Below, piece by piece: positions 1 to 8,814 of a DNA stretch of 64,000 bases. The DNA comes from a virus (Duplodnaviria > Caudoviricetes), in the IMG/VR virus record IMGVR_UViG_3300008267_000012; one strand, given 5' to 3'. Positions within the stretch are counted from its first letter, which is position 1, and every line of letters starts with the position of its first letter. The position numbers and the translations under genes were made by a program. The notes beneath the pieces were generated by a model. That model did not search any database and was not told the DNA's origin. It saw nothing but the letters and a program-made list of their open reading frames with translations.

Positions 1-117
1 ATAAAAACTATTATAATTTTATATAAATAGTTTTTTAATTATTCTTGATTTATTAAGTATTTTAAAGGGATTATAAATTCCTTTTTTATATGGTTTCCAG
101 ATTTTCCAAAAATACTA

Positions 118-1029
118 TTATCTTCTTCTAGTAAGACTAACATTTGACTTTATTTCATCATATCCTGTCTCAAATACATTTACCATATCTTCATTAATCT
201 TTATAAAATATCTATTATATTTTAATGGATTACAGATAGATAAATATCTCCTTACATTAAATGTAATTGGATATGAATTAATAAACTTTGCTCTTTTATT
301 ATAACTTAATAAAGATAATTTTGAAGATTGTTTTTTCATTTTACAACCCCAAGACTTAGTTCTGTTAAAGTTATTAGAAATAAAAGAGTTTGAAACACCT
401 AAATAGTCTTTATCATCTTCAAAAAGATTTATGCCAAAGTGGTTTGGATTTTCCTTTCTCATTGAATCTCCTTTGGCTCTCTTTTTTTCAATATTATAAC
501 CCCTCTTTAGGTTCTTCTTTGTAGAATCATTACCTAATTCATATCTTTCTAATAACTTATTAGAAACTAAATAATCTTTGAATTTTAACTTATCTTTATG
601 TATTGATTGATGTTTTAATATCAATTGTTCAATAGCAGAAAAAGTTAAAAACTTTAATTTAGCAAAATCAGATACTTTAAGTACAAATGATGTCTTTTGT
701 AATATGCGATAATCATAATCATTAGATTCATATACTAATCTTTTGATTTTATTTAAACCATTTATAAAAAGTGTCTTTGTTTTTGGGTTGTACCCAAAAT
801 AACCTTTTACTATTAAAGATTTTATATGTTTATCTAAAGTTCTTTGACTTATTGATAAGTGATTACAAACTTCATTCTTTATATTTGAATTTAGTTTGCA
901 GTTACCAGAAGTCCTGAACGCAAAACTTAAATATGTTTTAAATTCATTAAAATTATAGGTTGAAGAGGACATGATTACACGGACCATTTCTAATGGTATG
1001 TGCAAATGTGTCTTCTCCCTCGTTTCCAA
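118..1029 (-). CDS. Hypothetical protein with winged-helix-like DNA-binding motifs
   Basis: 303-aa basic ORF (TTG start). The segment NHLSISQRTLDKHIKSLIVKGYF resembles a wHTH. A host-type TATATTTG element lies upstream at 1055-1062. Confidence 0.45.
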   Translation of the reverse strand: METREKTHLHIPLEMVRVIMSSSTYNFNEFKTYLSFAFRTSGNCKLNSNIKNEVCNHLSISQRTLDKHIKSLIVKGYFGYNPKTKTLFINGLNKIKRLVYESNDYDYRILQKTSFVLKVSDFAKLKFLTFSAIEQLILKHQSIHKDKLKFKDYLVSNKLLERYELGNDSTKKNLKRGYNIEKKRAKGDSMRKENPNHFGINLFEDDKDYLGVSNSFISNNFNRTKSWGCKMKKQSSKLSLLSYNKRAKFINSYPITFNVRRYLSICNPLKYNRYFIKINEDMVNVFETGYDEIKSNVSLTRRR

Positions 1030-1054
1030 AAAATTTAAATACGGTTATTGAAAT

Positions 1055-1062
1055 CAAATATA
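1055..1062 (-). promoter_or_regulatory. Bacteroidota-type sigma70 -7 element (TAnnTTTG)
   Basis: TATATTTG on the minus strand, about 25 nt upstream of the 118..1029 ORF. Confidence 0.5.
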
Positions 1063-1081
1063 GACTTTTTTTTTAAATTTC

Positions 1082-3661
1082 CTAAAGAGCATCCCAATCA
1101 ATGCTCCTTGGGTCAAAACCTTTTTTCATAATAATCGGAACAGCCTTCTCAACCTTCTTATAAAACACTTGACCACCAATCTCCATTCTATTATCAATGC
1201 GAATAACAGGATTACCATCAAGCTGAACTTTCATCGTTCCACTTGAAAATAATTTACCAAGTGCATCAAGTTTTGAAGTATCAATAGAGTTAATCTGCGC
1301 TAGTAATGCAGCCATTTGTTTCATATTTTCAATATCCTTATCAACAAATCTTAAATTTTGTAAAGGTGTGACATTACTAAAATCTAATGCACTTATTCCT
1401 GCTAAAGCAAGACTAACAGCACCCAATCCAAGCATTGCTAATGGACTACTCATTAAATATGCAGCACCTCCAATAGCAGCAATACCAGCACCAATCCTTA
1501 ACATATCAACTTTTTCAAGCGAACCTAATCCTTCAGCCATTTTTCCAATACCTAATGTAGCCAAACCAATACCTGCACCTACCATTAATGCAGCAGCACC
1601 AAAAGCAAGTAAACCATAAGAAGTTGCTGTAGTTGCAGCACCTAATAAAACAACACCACCTATAAGTGTTCCACCTATTGTAGCACCAAGTATAGCCATA
1701 GTTGCTATTAATGTTGTTGTTTGGTCGCTGTTTAATTTTGCAATTGAATCGGCTAATGCACTTGCACCTTTTGCTGCAAAATAAAGAGCAGCACCAATAC
1801 CAAGTAAAGTTGTAGCAGTACCTAAACTTGTAAGAAGATTAGCCTTTCCAGCAGCAGCAATTTGTCCTGCACCAATACCTCTTAAATTTCCAAATGGATT
1901 ACCTCCTGAACCTGTCGCACCTGCACCACCCAACAAACCACCACCCATTTTAAACTTAATGGCACTCTTTAACCAACCCCATAAACCTGATAATATTGTA
2001 GGACTAATTAATACAGCACCAATAGCTAAACCACCAAAAAATTTACCCATTGCTGATAATTCTTTTGTTTTTTCGTCTCTAAACCCATCTAAAAACTTAT
2101 TGAATCCTGTTAACATATCATTTATATATGTTAATGCAGGGATAAATGTTGTTTTTAATTGACTTACTAAATTAGTTAAAGTATCATTAAAGTTTTGAGA
2201 TTGTGCTGCTCTTTCTTCTAATGTTTGTGCTTCTATTTTTAATGCTGAAAGATGTTTATCAGTTAAATCTGTTAATTTAACAAATTCACTACCAATTTTA
2301 ATAATACCAATATTACTACCTGCTTTAAATTTAGCTAAATTGGCTATCATTTCTTTATCTTTTGAATCACCAATTAATATTTGTTTTTTTGCTAAATCAA
2401 TTTGATTAAATTGTCTTGCCGATTCAACCAATTTATTAAAATCCATATTTGTTGCATCAGCAACTGCTCTTAATCTATCAAAATCTACATCAGAAATATC
2501 AAATTCACCTGTTTCTTTATTAAAAGAAGCCATACCCTTGGTTAACTTTCCAAGTTCTAATAAAAACTCTTGTGGTTTATTTCTTGCAAGGAATGAAAGT
2601 TTAAATTCATCCATTTTAGCAAATTCACCACCTAATACTCTTAAATTAGCACCTGTTTCAAGTAATCCTTCAAGTGTTCTAAATTTATCAGCAGCAGCAA
2701 AAGCATTCTCCATTGAAACCTTAAATTGTTCAGAATACTTTACCATCTGCTCAAGACCTTTTACACCATTTTGAAATCTATAACTATTAACTTTATCAAT
2801 ATTTGCTGATAATTTTTTTAATACATTATTTGATGAAAGACCTAATCTTGCAGTTGAATTAATACTATCTTCAATAATTTGTTTTGATGCTCCAAGTGTT
2901 GGACCTAATTGCATCATAGTAGAAATTAATCTACCCATTTCATCATTTTGCAATCCAGTACCCTTTACAAGAGCAGCCATCATTATATTTTCATCTTTTG
3001 AAAACTGATATGCTCTACCTGTTTGTGCTGCAATTGCTTGTTGGAAATCAATAACATCTTTTAAAGACGCACCTAAATAAGCAACAGCATTAACAGAATC
3101 TTCAAGTTCTCTTCTCATTAGTGCTGCTCTTTCTCCTGATAAACCAAGAAGAAGATTATTCATCCTAATCTCCTTATCAATTTGTTGCAAATAATTCCAT
3201 ATTAGCATAAAACTAACATGTTGAGAAAGTAATGATTTAGAACTATCGTATAGTGTATTCCCAAAAGCCTTACTTATACTAAGTTTTTGTTTTTGTATAT
3301 CTATTTCCTCACTTAATAATTTAAGATTTTTTTCACTTTCAGCAACAGTCTTTTTTAATACTTCGTAATTTGCTTTTTGTATAGGGTTAAGTTTTACAAG
3401 TAAATTACCATTTTTATCTGTTAATTTATTAAGTTCTTCTTGTAATGGGATTAATGCTTTTGTCGCTCTAGCATGTTCTAATGTTTTTCTTCTAATGCTT
3501 TCTTGACCTTGTAAATACCCTGCTATTGATTTATTTTGATTAGTTAATTCAATACCAAGTCTTTCCTCAAGTTTTATCCTATCTTCTGTTAATAGATACT
3601 GTGCTTTTAAATTATCAAGCATTTTCTCTTGCTCACTAGTAAGCTTTTTTGGTGTTGCCAT
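1082..3661 (-). CDS. Tail tape measure protein
   Basis: 859 aa. Helical coiled-coil N-half, Ala/Gly-rich hydrophobic repeats in the C-half. Lies downstream of the tail chaperone/gp26-like gene. Confidence 0.85.
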   Translation of the reverse strand: MATPKKLTSEQEKMLDNLKAQYLLTEDRIKLEERLGIELTNQNKSIAGYLQGQESIRRKTLEHARATKALIPLQEELNKLTDKNGNLLVKLNPIQKANYEVLKKTVAESEKNLKLLSEEIDIQKQKLSISKAFGNTLYDSSKSLLSQHVSFMLIWNYLQQIDKEIRMNNLLLGLSGERAALMRRELEDSVNAVAYLGASLKDVIDFQQAIAAQTGRAYQFSKDENIMMAALVKGTGLQNDEMGRLISTMMQLGPTLGASKQIIEDSINSTARLGLSSNNVLKKLSANIDKVNSYRFQNGVKGLEQMVKYSEQFKVSMENAFAAADKFRTLEGLLETGANLRVLGGEFAKMDEFKLSFLARNKPQEFLLELGKLTKGMASFNKETGEFDISDVDFDRLRAVADATNMDFNKLVESARQFNQIDLAKKQILIGDSKDKEMIANLAKFKAGSNIGIIKIGSEFVKLTDLTDKHLSALKIEAQTLEERAAQSQNFNDTLTNLVSQLKTTFIPALTYINDMLTGFNKFLDGFRDEKTKELSAMGKFFGGLAIGAVLISPTILSGLWGWLKSAIKFKMGGGLLGGAGATGSGGNPFGNLRGIGAGQIAAAGKANLLTSLGTATTLLGIGAALYFAAKGASALADSIAKLNSDQTTTLIATMAILGATIGGTLIGGVVLLGAATTATSYGLLAFGAAALMVGAGIGLATLGIGKMAEGLGSLEKVDMLRIGAGIAAIGGAAYLMSSPLAMLGLGAVSLALAGISALDFSNVTPLQNLRFVDKDIENMKQMAALLAQINSIDTSKLDALGKLFSSGTMKVQLDGNPVIRIDNRMEIGGQVFYKKVEKAVPIIMKKGFDPRSIDWDAL

Positions 3662-3666
3662 AACAA

Positions 3667-4671
3667 TTAATTAAATTGCAATTCAGATTGAATAAACTCA
3701 TTATTGTTTGTACCAATATAACAATCTATCCTTGCTCTATTTTGTTGATATGTTATAATTTTATCTCTTGTATAAATATGATATCTAATACTGCGAGTTT
3801 GATTTGTAAATATTGTAAGATAAGGATATGTTTGAGCAAGACCTTGCGGTGTATTTGTACCCAATTGAAAATTAGCAGTACCTGTTTCTTGCAATATTCT
3901 TAATTGTCTACCACTAAATGCATTATTAAAAGTATTAATTACAGTTACAGCATTTGCAGGTTGATTTTGTGGTGTATTTCTTGGTTGAAAGAAATCAATA
4001 TTATAATATACATTAGTATTTATATCCTGTTGTTTATTAACAACATTTACAGGCTTACTAACCATAATAAAACTCAAATAATAATTTGTTTGAGATGGTG
4101 ATGATGATGCGTAACTAGGTAAATTTAATATTCCTTGATTTGTAATTTTATTTTCTCTATTGATTTTATCAAAGTTTGGTAATATTTCTAAAGAATAATT
4201 TTTAGTATTAAATTCATTAGCAGAACTTCTACTTTCTGTAAAATCATTAAAAAATATTTGTATATCTTCACGCTGATTTGGATTTCTTTTTTTAAAAATA
4301 CTTAATTTAATATAACTTTTAATTGTACTTAAACCAAGCCTTGGAACATCAACTCCTGTAAATGGATAAAGATAACAATAATCATTTTCATAATATATGA
4401 AAAATCTAAATGACATTTTATTTTCAACACGAACACCATCTTGAAGAATTCTATTCATTAAAAAGTTATTATAAGATTGTTTCTCATAGAATTCCAAACC
4501 AATCAATCTATATGAACTGACAACAGCAGCATCATCCATTGTTGTTGCATTTTTCAAATTTAAACGAACAAGAGCATCTAAATTTTTTTGATTTATACCT
4601 GTTGCTGCACCTGCTTGGGCTAATGATGGTAATATTGCTTCATTTAGATATTTGTAATTTAATATCTTCAT
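3667..4671 (-). CDS. Hypothetical virion-associated protein
   Basis: 334-aa Asn/Gln-rich ORF with a CTATTTATA motif upstream (4683-4691). N-terminal YLNE|A resembles a prohead-protease site. Confidence 0.5.
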   Translation of the reverse strand: MKILNYKYLNEAILPSLAQAGAATGINQKNLDALVRLNLKNATTMDDAAVVSSYRLIGLEFYEKQSYNNFLMNRILQDGVRVENKMSFRFFIYYENDYCYLYPFTGVDVPRLGLSTIKSYIKLSIFKKRNPNQREDIQIFFNDFTESRSSANEFNTKNYSLEILPNFDKINRENKITNQGILNLPSYASSSPSQTNYYLSFIMVSKPVNVVNKQQDINTNVYYNIDFFQPRNTPQNQPANAVTVINTFNNAFSGRQLRILQETGTANFQLGTNTPQGLAQTYPYLTIFTNQTRSIRYHIYTRDKIITYQQNRARIDCYIGTNNNEFIQSELQFN

Positions 4672-4694
4672 ATATTTTTATATATAAATAGATA

Positions 4695-4961
4695 TTAAAC
4701 ATTTTGATAACCTGCTGCTCTTTGTTTTTCAGCAAGCATCTTTTGTTGTTTTTCAAAAAGAATTGTAATTAACTTCTTACGAAGATAAACAGGTATTAAA
4801 TACATTATATCATAGTAAGAATAATTATTCTCAACAAGAAAATTAACTTCTTGTGCTATGAGTTCTTCATATTTACTTTCTTGGATAAAAAAAGTCCAAA
4901 CCGAAGGTAATTGTCTGACGAAAAAAGTCACCTGTGAATTTGCCCTCAAATTCATAATCAT
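4695..4961 (-). CDS. Tail chaperone extension (gp51-like / GT-like frameshift segment)
   Basis: Overlaps the 3' end of the gp26-like gene in the +1 frame across a T7 run (4887-4893). The portion after the run (IQESKYEELIAQEVNFL...YDIMYLIPVYLRKKLI) looks like the short helical tail-chaperone segments that precede tape-measure genes. Confidence 0.6.
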   Translation of the reverse strand: MIMNLRANSQVTFFVRQLPSVWTFFIQESKYEELIAQEVNFLVENNYSYYDIMYLIPVYLRKKLITILFEKQQKMLAEKQRAAGYQNV

Positions 4962-5658
4962 AATCTAAACCTGGTTCAATACTTAAAATATATCTTCTTA
5001 GTTCTAATGAATCTTTAGGAGGCATTAATTTTACAAACTTTTCAATAAATGGTCTATCTGTTTCACCTGCAATTGATTGAACTTGTGCAATAATTCTTTC
5101 TTGCATTTCAAAAATTGAAGTTTCATTTTTATATTTTGTAATTTTTTCAAGTCTTTGGTCTAACTTTTTCTTTTCACCATAAGTTAAAAGTTTAAATTCA
5201 ACTTTATGTTTACAAATTGGTAAATCAAACTCATATAACATATTTTGATTTGGTTTTACCAACTCTTTATATTTAATAGTTGATAAATCAATTGTAGTTT
5301 CATATGTTGAACCATTTGTATCACGAACTTGAACAGGATATTCTTCACCATAAGCAAATCTTCTTAGAAAAAGAAGTACTGCATCTAAATCACCTGATAA
5401 TAAATCTTCAACAGACATTGATGAATTAAATTCAGGGTCTTTAATTTTATTTTTTGCTAATAGTTCAATACCTGTTCCATTCTTAATATAATTTTCAGAT
5501 AAAAGATATTGTTCATCAGCAGCAGTCATATATTCCACCATTAATTTATCAATACCATTATCATAAAAATAACCTTGAGATGGTAATTCAACATAGTCAG
5601 ACACGACTTTAGGTAATAAGCTATCTAGCTTAGATTTTACATTTGATACATTTTCCAT
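4873..5658 (-). CDS. Baseplate hub assembly / tail assembly chaperone, T4 gp26-like
   Basis: Motifs VELPSQG.FY, YMTAADE..L, GDLDAVLLFLRR.AYG.EY and terminal ITFGLDFF. The start is likely MENV at 5658, because the late motif lies inside the longer ORF call. Confidence 0.75.
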   Translation of the reverse strand: MENVSNVKSKLDSLLPKVVSDYVELPSQGYFYDNGIDKLMVEYMTAADEQYLLSENYIKNGTGIELLAKNKIKDPEFNSSMSVEDLLSGDLDAVLLFLRRFAYGEEYPVQVRDTNGSTYETTIDLSTIKYKELVKPNQNMLYEFDLPICKHKVEFKLLTYGEKKKLDQRLEKITKYKNETSIFEMQERIIAQVQSIAGETDRPFIEKFVKLMPPKDSLELRRYILSIEPGLDYDYEFEGKFTGDFFRQTITFGLDFFYPRK

Positions 5659-5675
5659 AAGAGATAAAAATTTTA

Positions 5676-5696
5676 TATAAATAGTCACTATTTAAT
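5676..5696. promoter_or_regulatory. Back-to-back candidate late promoters (CTATTTATA minus / CTATTTAAT plus)
   Basis: tataaatag-tca-ctatttaat lies between the divergent genes starting at 5658(-) and 5711(+). Confidence 0.65.
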
Positions 5697-5710
5697 AGAA
5701 AAATAGATAC

Positions 5711-6592
5711 ATGCATACTGTTTCTGAAATTTGGTTACCTCAAGTAAAAGAAGAAAATGTTAATGAAATCCTTCAAGAACTAAAAGATAATGGGATTATT
5801 GTTAAAAATGTTATGGTTGAACCTAGCTATTTAAAGCCATTACAGAAAAAAGTTTCTAAAATAAAAATTGATGATATCAATGGTGTTATTGATAATGATG
5901 GTTATTTGCCTAAAACTTGGGTAGATGCTAATAATAATATTTTGGATGGACATCATAGAGTTTATGCATACCAGTCAAGACCTGATATTGATAGAGTTGA
6001 ATGTTATAAAATATTCTTAAATTCTAAGGATGCTTGTAGGATTTTAAATAAAATCCAAGATAGACTTGAATTTAAAAAGGAATATGGAATTAAAAGTCCA
6101 AGCACATTTAATATGATGGATACCATTCAACAAGAATTGAGTAGTGTTGCTCAACCTCAACATCAAGCACAATATTTAGGTGCAGATAAAGAACAAGAGC
6201 AAGAAGTAGCAAAAGAAAAATTAGATTTTAATGATGTTACAAATAAAACTTGTACACTTTATTCCGTAAGACCATTTGATAAAGGTAATACTTCAGGTTT
6301 TATTATGTCATTTACAAAAGATAAGGGATATGATAAAGAGTACGAAATTCTTTTTGATAAAGTTTTACATGTACCACAAGAAGAAATGGAATTGCATGAA
6401 CCATTCTATTTATCAGGTATGTATATTCTTGAACCTAACTTTGAAAAAGACCCTACTATGATTAAAAAAATGGCTTCTGATGTAAATCAGGTGTATGCTC
6501 ATTTTATTAAGAACAGATTAAATGGTTTTGCAAAAAGAGCAGGGTATGATGGTATCAATTTTGGTGATAAATTAATGCTTATAATTACCTAA
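5711..6592 (+). CDS. ParB/Sulfiredoxin-like N-terminal domain protein with unknown C-terminal domain
   Basis: LKPLQ...WVDANNNILDGHHRVYA is a ParB/Srx signature. The C-terminus ends in AKRAGYDGINF. Confidence 0.7.
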   Translation: MHTVSEIWLPQVKEENVNEILQELKDNGIIVKNVMVEPSYLKPLQKKVSKIKIDDINGVIDNDGYLPKTWVDANNNILDGHHRVYAYQSRPDIDRVECYKIFLNSKDACRILNKIQDRLEFKKEYGIKSPSTFNMMDTIQQELSSVAQPQHQAQYLGADKEQEQEVAKEKLDFNDVTNKTCTLYSVRPFDKGNTSGFIMSFTKDKGYDKEYEILFDKVLHVPQEEMELHEPFYLSGMYILEPNFEKDPTMIKKMASDVNQVYAHFIKNRLNGFAKRAGYDGINFGDKLMLIIT

Positions 6593-6984
6593 TGGCAAAT
6601 AATAACAGAACCATATCAATTAAATTTCCATTTAGAGATGATACAATAAATGGTAAATTATTTGCAATGAACACAACAACTGTTGATGATGTTCGTTCTT
6701 CATTATATTTTTTTTTAAATACTAAAAAGGGGGAAAGATGGTATGACCCCGATTTTGGAACAAGACTTCATGAATTTTTATTTGAAAAAAATGATGGTGT
6801 TACAGGACTTGCAATTAAGAATTCACTTAAAGCAGATGTTGAAAAATACTTTAGAAATGTTAAAATAGAAGAAATTGTAATTGACCAATCAGAACAAACT
6901 AATAAATTGGCAATAAACATCTCTTTTTCATATACAAACTTATACAATACACTTTTTGATGACATTACTTTAGTTTTCGGTTAA
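6592..6984 (+). CDS. gp25: Baseplate wedge subunit / sheath initiator, gp25-like
   Basis: 130 aa; L.TKKGER.YDPDFGTRL.EFLFE is the GPW/gp25 motif. Confidence 0.9.
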   Translation: MANNNRTISIKFPFRDDTINGKLFAMNTTTVDDVRSSLYFFLNTKKGERWYDPDFGTRLHEFLFEKNDGVTGLAIKNSLKADVEKYFRNVKIEEIVIDQSEQTNKLAINISFSYTNLYNTLFDDITLVFG

Positions 6985-7020
6985 TAAAATTTTGTCGTAT
7001 TATACTTCAAATTTTATTTT

Positions 7021-8424
7021 ATGAGAAAACCAAAGATTTTGATTACTAACATGGATGTTCATGGTGTAAACTTTTATCGTTCCGAACAACCTGCAATCTC
7101 TCTTTCAAAACTTTACGATGATGAATTTGAAATTGATTATATTAAAAATATAAATTGGAATGATGATGAATTTTTAAAACAATATGATGTAATTCATGGT
7201 CATAGAACGCTTTGTGATTTTGCACAAATGCCATATTTAGTTGATAAACTTCATAGTTTTGGAATTAAAGTAATTCTTGATATTGATGATTATTGGGAAG
7301 TATCAAGAGAACATCCTCTTTATCATGCTGTTAAAAAAGATAATTTAAAAGATAAGATTGTTGGTAATCTTAAAATTGTTGATGGTGTTTCAACTACAAC
7401 ATCGGTTTATGCAAATTATATTAAACCATATAATAAAAATATTTTAATTATTCCAAATGGTGTAAATAGAAATCTTAAAGAATGGATTCCTGCTGATGAT
7501 AAATGTTCTTATGAGAAATTAAGAATTCTTTATCTTGCTGGTTCATCTCACTTACAAGACGTTTCTTTATTAAAAGATAGCTTTGAAAGACTTATTGATG
7601 ACGCATCAATTAATAATAAATTTCAAGTACACCTTTCAGGGTTTGACCTTAGAGGAACAACTACAAATTATGTTGTAAATGAAGACTTTATTAAAGAACT
7701 TCAAGCAATGAATTTGTTTACTCAACAACTATATAATAAACTTGTTGCAAATAATTTTGATATTGTAAATACACCTGAAGTTCCAAGACAAATTGTTGAA
7801 AAATACAACGGTAGTGTTTTAAATGAACAAACAAGACCAATTAACCCACAAGAAACGGTTTGGACAAGATATGAAGAGATTTTTACCTCAAATTATAAAC
7901 TTATTAAAGATAAAGATTATTATGATTTTCTAATGAAGTTTGATTTGGATGCTGTTTATGAAAAACAAGCAGAACAAAACTACTTTAGACACAAAACTCA
8001 AGGTCTTTACAAATTTGCAGCAAATTATAAACATGGAGATGTAGCACTTGCACCAATTAGAGTATATGGTAAAGGTGTAATGGATGATAATCCAGATAAT
8101 CGCTATCAATTTGCTAAATCAAATCTTAAAGTAATTGAAGCAGCATTTCATAAAGTACCTGTAATTGCATCAGACGTTCCAATTTATAACCATGATAAGG
8201 ATTGGGTTGATGGAAAAAATATTTTATATATAAATCCTGATAGACAATATAAAGATTGGTATAAAAAAATTAAATATTGTATCAACAATCCAAACCACGT
8301 TAAAGATATGGGTGAAGCAGCTTATGAACTTGCTTGCAAAAGATATGACATAGATGTTCTAAGTCATATTAGGGCAGATTTTTACAGAAGTTTAGTTAAG
8401 CAAGAACAACCTGAACTAGTTTAA
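7021..8424 (+). CDS. Glycosyltransferase (GT-B, GT4-like C-terminal motif)
   Basis: ILDIDDYW, LAGSSHLQD and KSNLKVIEAAFHKVPVIASDVPIY motifs; helical C-terminus DMGEAAYELA. Confidence 0.8.
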   Translation: MRKPKILITNMDVHGVNFYRSEQPAISLSKLYDDEFEIDYIKNINWNDDEFLKQYDVIHGHRTLCDFAQMPYLVDKLHSFGIKVILDIDDYWEVSREHPLYHAVKKDNLKDKIVGNLKIVDGVSTTTSVYANYIKPYNKNILIIPNGVNRNLKEWIPADDKCSYEKLRILYLAGSSHLQDVSLLKDSFERLIDDASINNKFQVHLSGFDLRGTTTNYVVNEDFIKELQAMNLFTQQLYNKLVANNFDIVNTPEVPRQIVEKYNGSVLNEQTRPINPQETVWTRYEEIFTSNYKLIKDKDYYDFLMKFDLDAVYEKQAEQNYFRHKTQGLYKFAANYKHGDVALAPIRVYGKGVMDDNPDNRYQFAKSNLKVIEAAFHKVPVIASDVPIYNHDKDWVDGKNILYINPDRQYKDWYKKIKYCINNPNHVKDMGEAAYELACKRYDIDVLSHIRADFYRSLVKQEQPELV

Positions 8425-8783
8425 GATTGTGAATTTTGGTCAATGGTATTTCCATCAATCACATTTGGGTCTAAAAGATTTGGAATACCATTACCTGTTT
8501 CAACATTATTTCTATTAATATAATTTTTTTGGAAAATTACAGCACTAATGAATGCAAAATCTTCTAACAATAAAGTATGGTCAATCTCTTTCTTTTCAAA
8601 CATTATTTCAATTGCTTTAACATGAAACATAACAACCATAATAAATAAAATGGCTGCTAAAAATCTACTTAATGAGAATTTTTTAGAGTTACTATCTCTA
8701 AAAGAATCAAATAAAAGTTTGTAGAGAAATTTTACAAAAGCATTTTCTGCTAACATATTAAAGAATGAATTAAACATAATCAT
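8421..8783 (-). CDS. Two-TM membrane protein, possible holin
   Basis: 120 aa with hydrophobic stretches FLAAILFIMVVMF and LLLEDFAFISAVIF. A late motif is upstream. Confidence 0.4.
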   Translation of the reverse strand: MIMFNSFFNMLAENAFVKFLYKLLFDSFRDSNSKKFSLSRFLAAILFIMVVMFHVKAIEIMFEKKEIDHTLLLEDFAFISAVIFQKNYINRNNVETGNGIPNLLDPNVIDGNTIDQNSQS

Positions 8784-8789
8784 AATTAT

Positions 8790-8806
8790 CTATTTATATT
8801 AAATAG
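8790..8806. promoter_or_regulatory. Overlapping divergent candidate late promoters
   Basis: ctatttatattaaatag contains the motif on both strands, between the genes starting at 8783(-) and 8815(+). Confidence 0.65.
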
Positions 8807-8814
8807 TATTTCTA

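Noticed and set aside
22-30. TATAAATA read as a classic T4 late promoter on the plus strand (here and at many other sites)
   Set aside because: In tandem gene contexts (sheath, MCP, portal, 47394, 52786) the downstream gene is on the opposite strand, so the functional orientation appears to be CTATTTA.
64-87. Weak hairpin aaaggga-ttataaa-ttccttt with a T run
   Set aside because: The stem is imperfect and the U-tail is on the strand opposite the adjacent minus-strand gene, so it is not supported well enough to call a terminator.
1368-2774. Plus-strand ORFs of 67-83 aa inside the tape measure gene, and similar short antisense or alternate-frame ORFs throughout the track
   Set aside because: They are shadows of long, well-supported genes, with no independent promoter motif or family signature.
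4961-5688. ORF-track starts at 5688, 39933, 31686, 24796, 17028 and 42086
   Set aside because: Each upstream extension overlaps a promoter motif, terminator or neighbouring gene. Downstream ATGs (5658, 39957, 31608, 24814, 17061, 42116) fit better.
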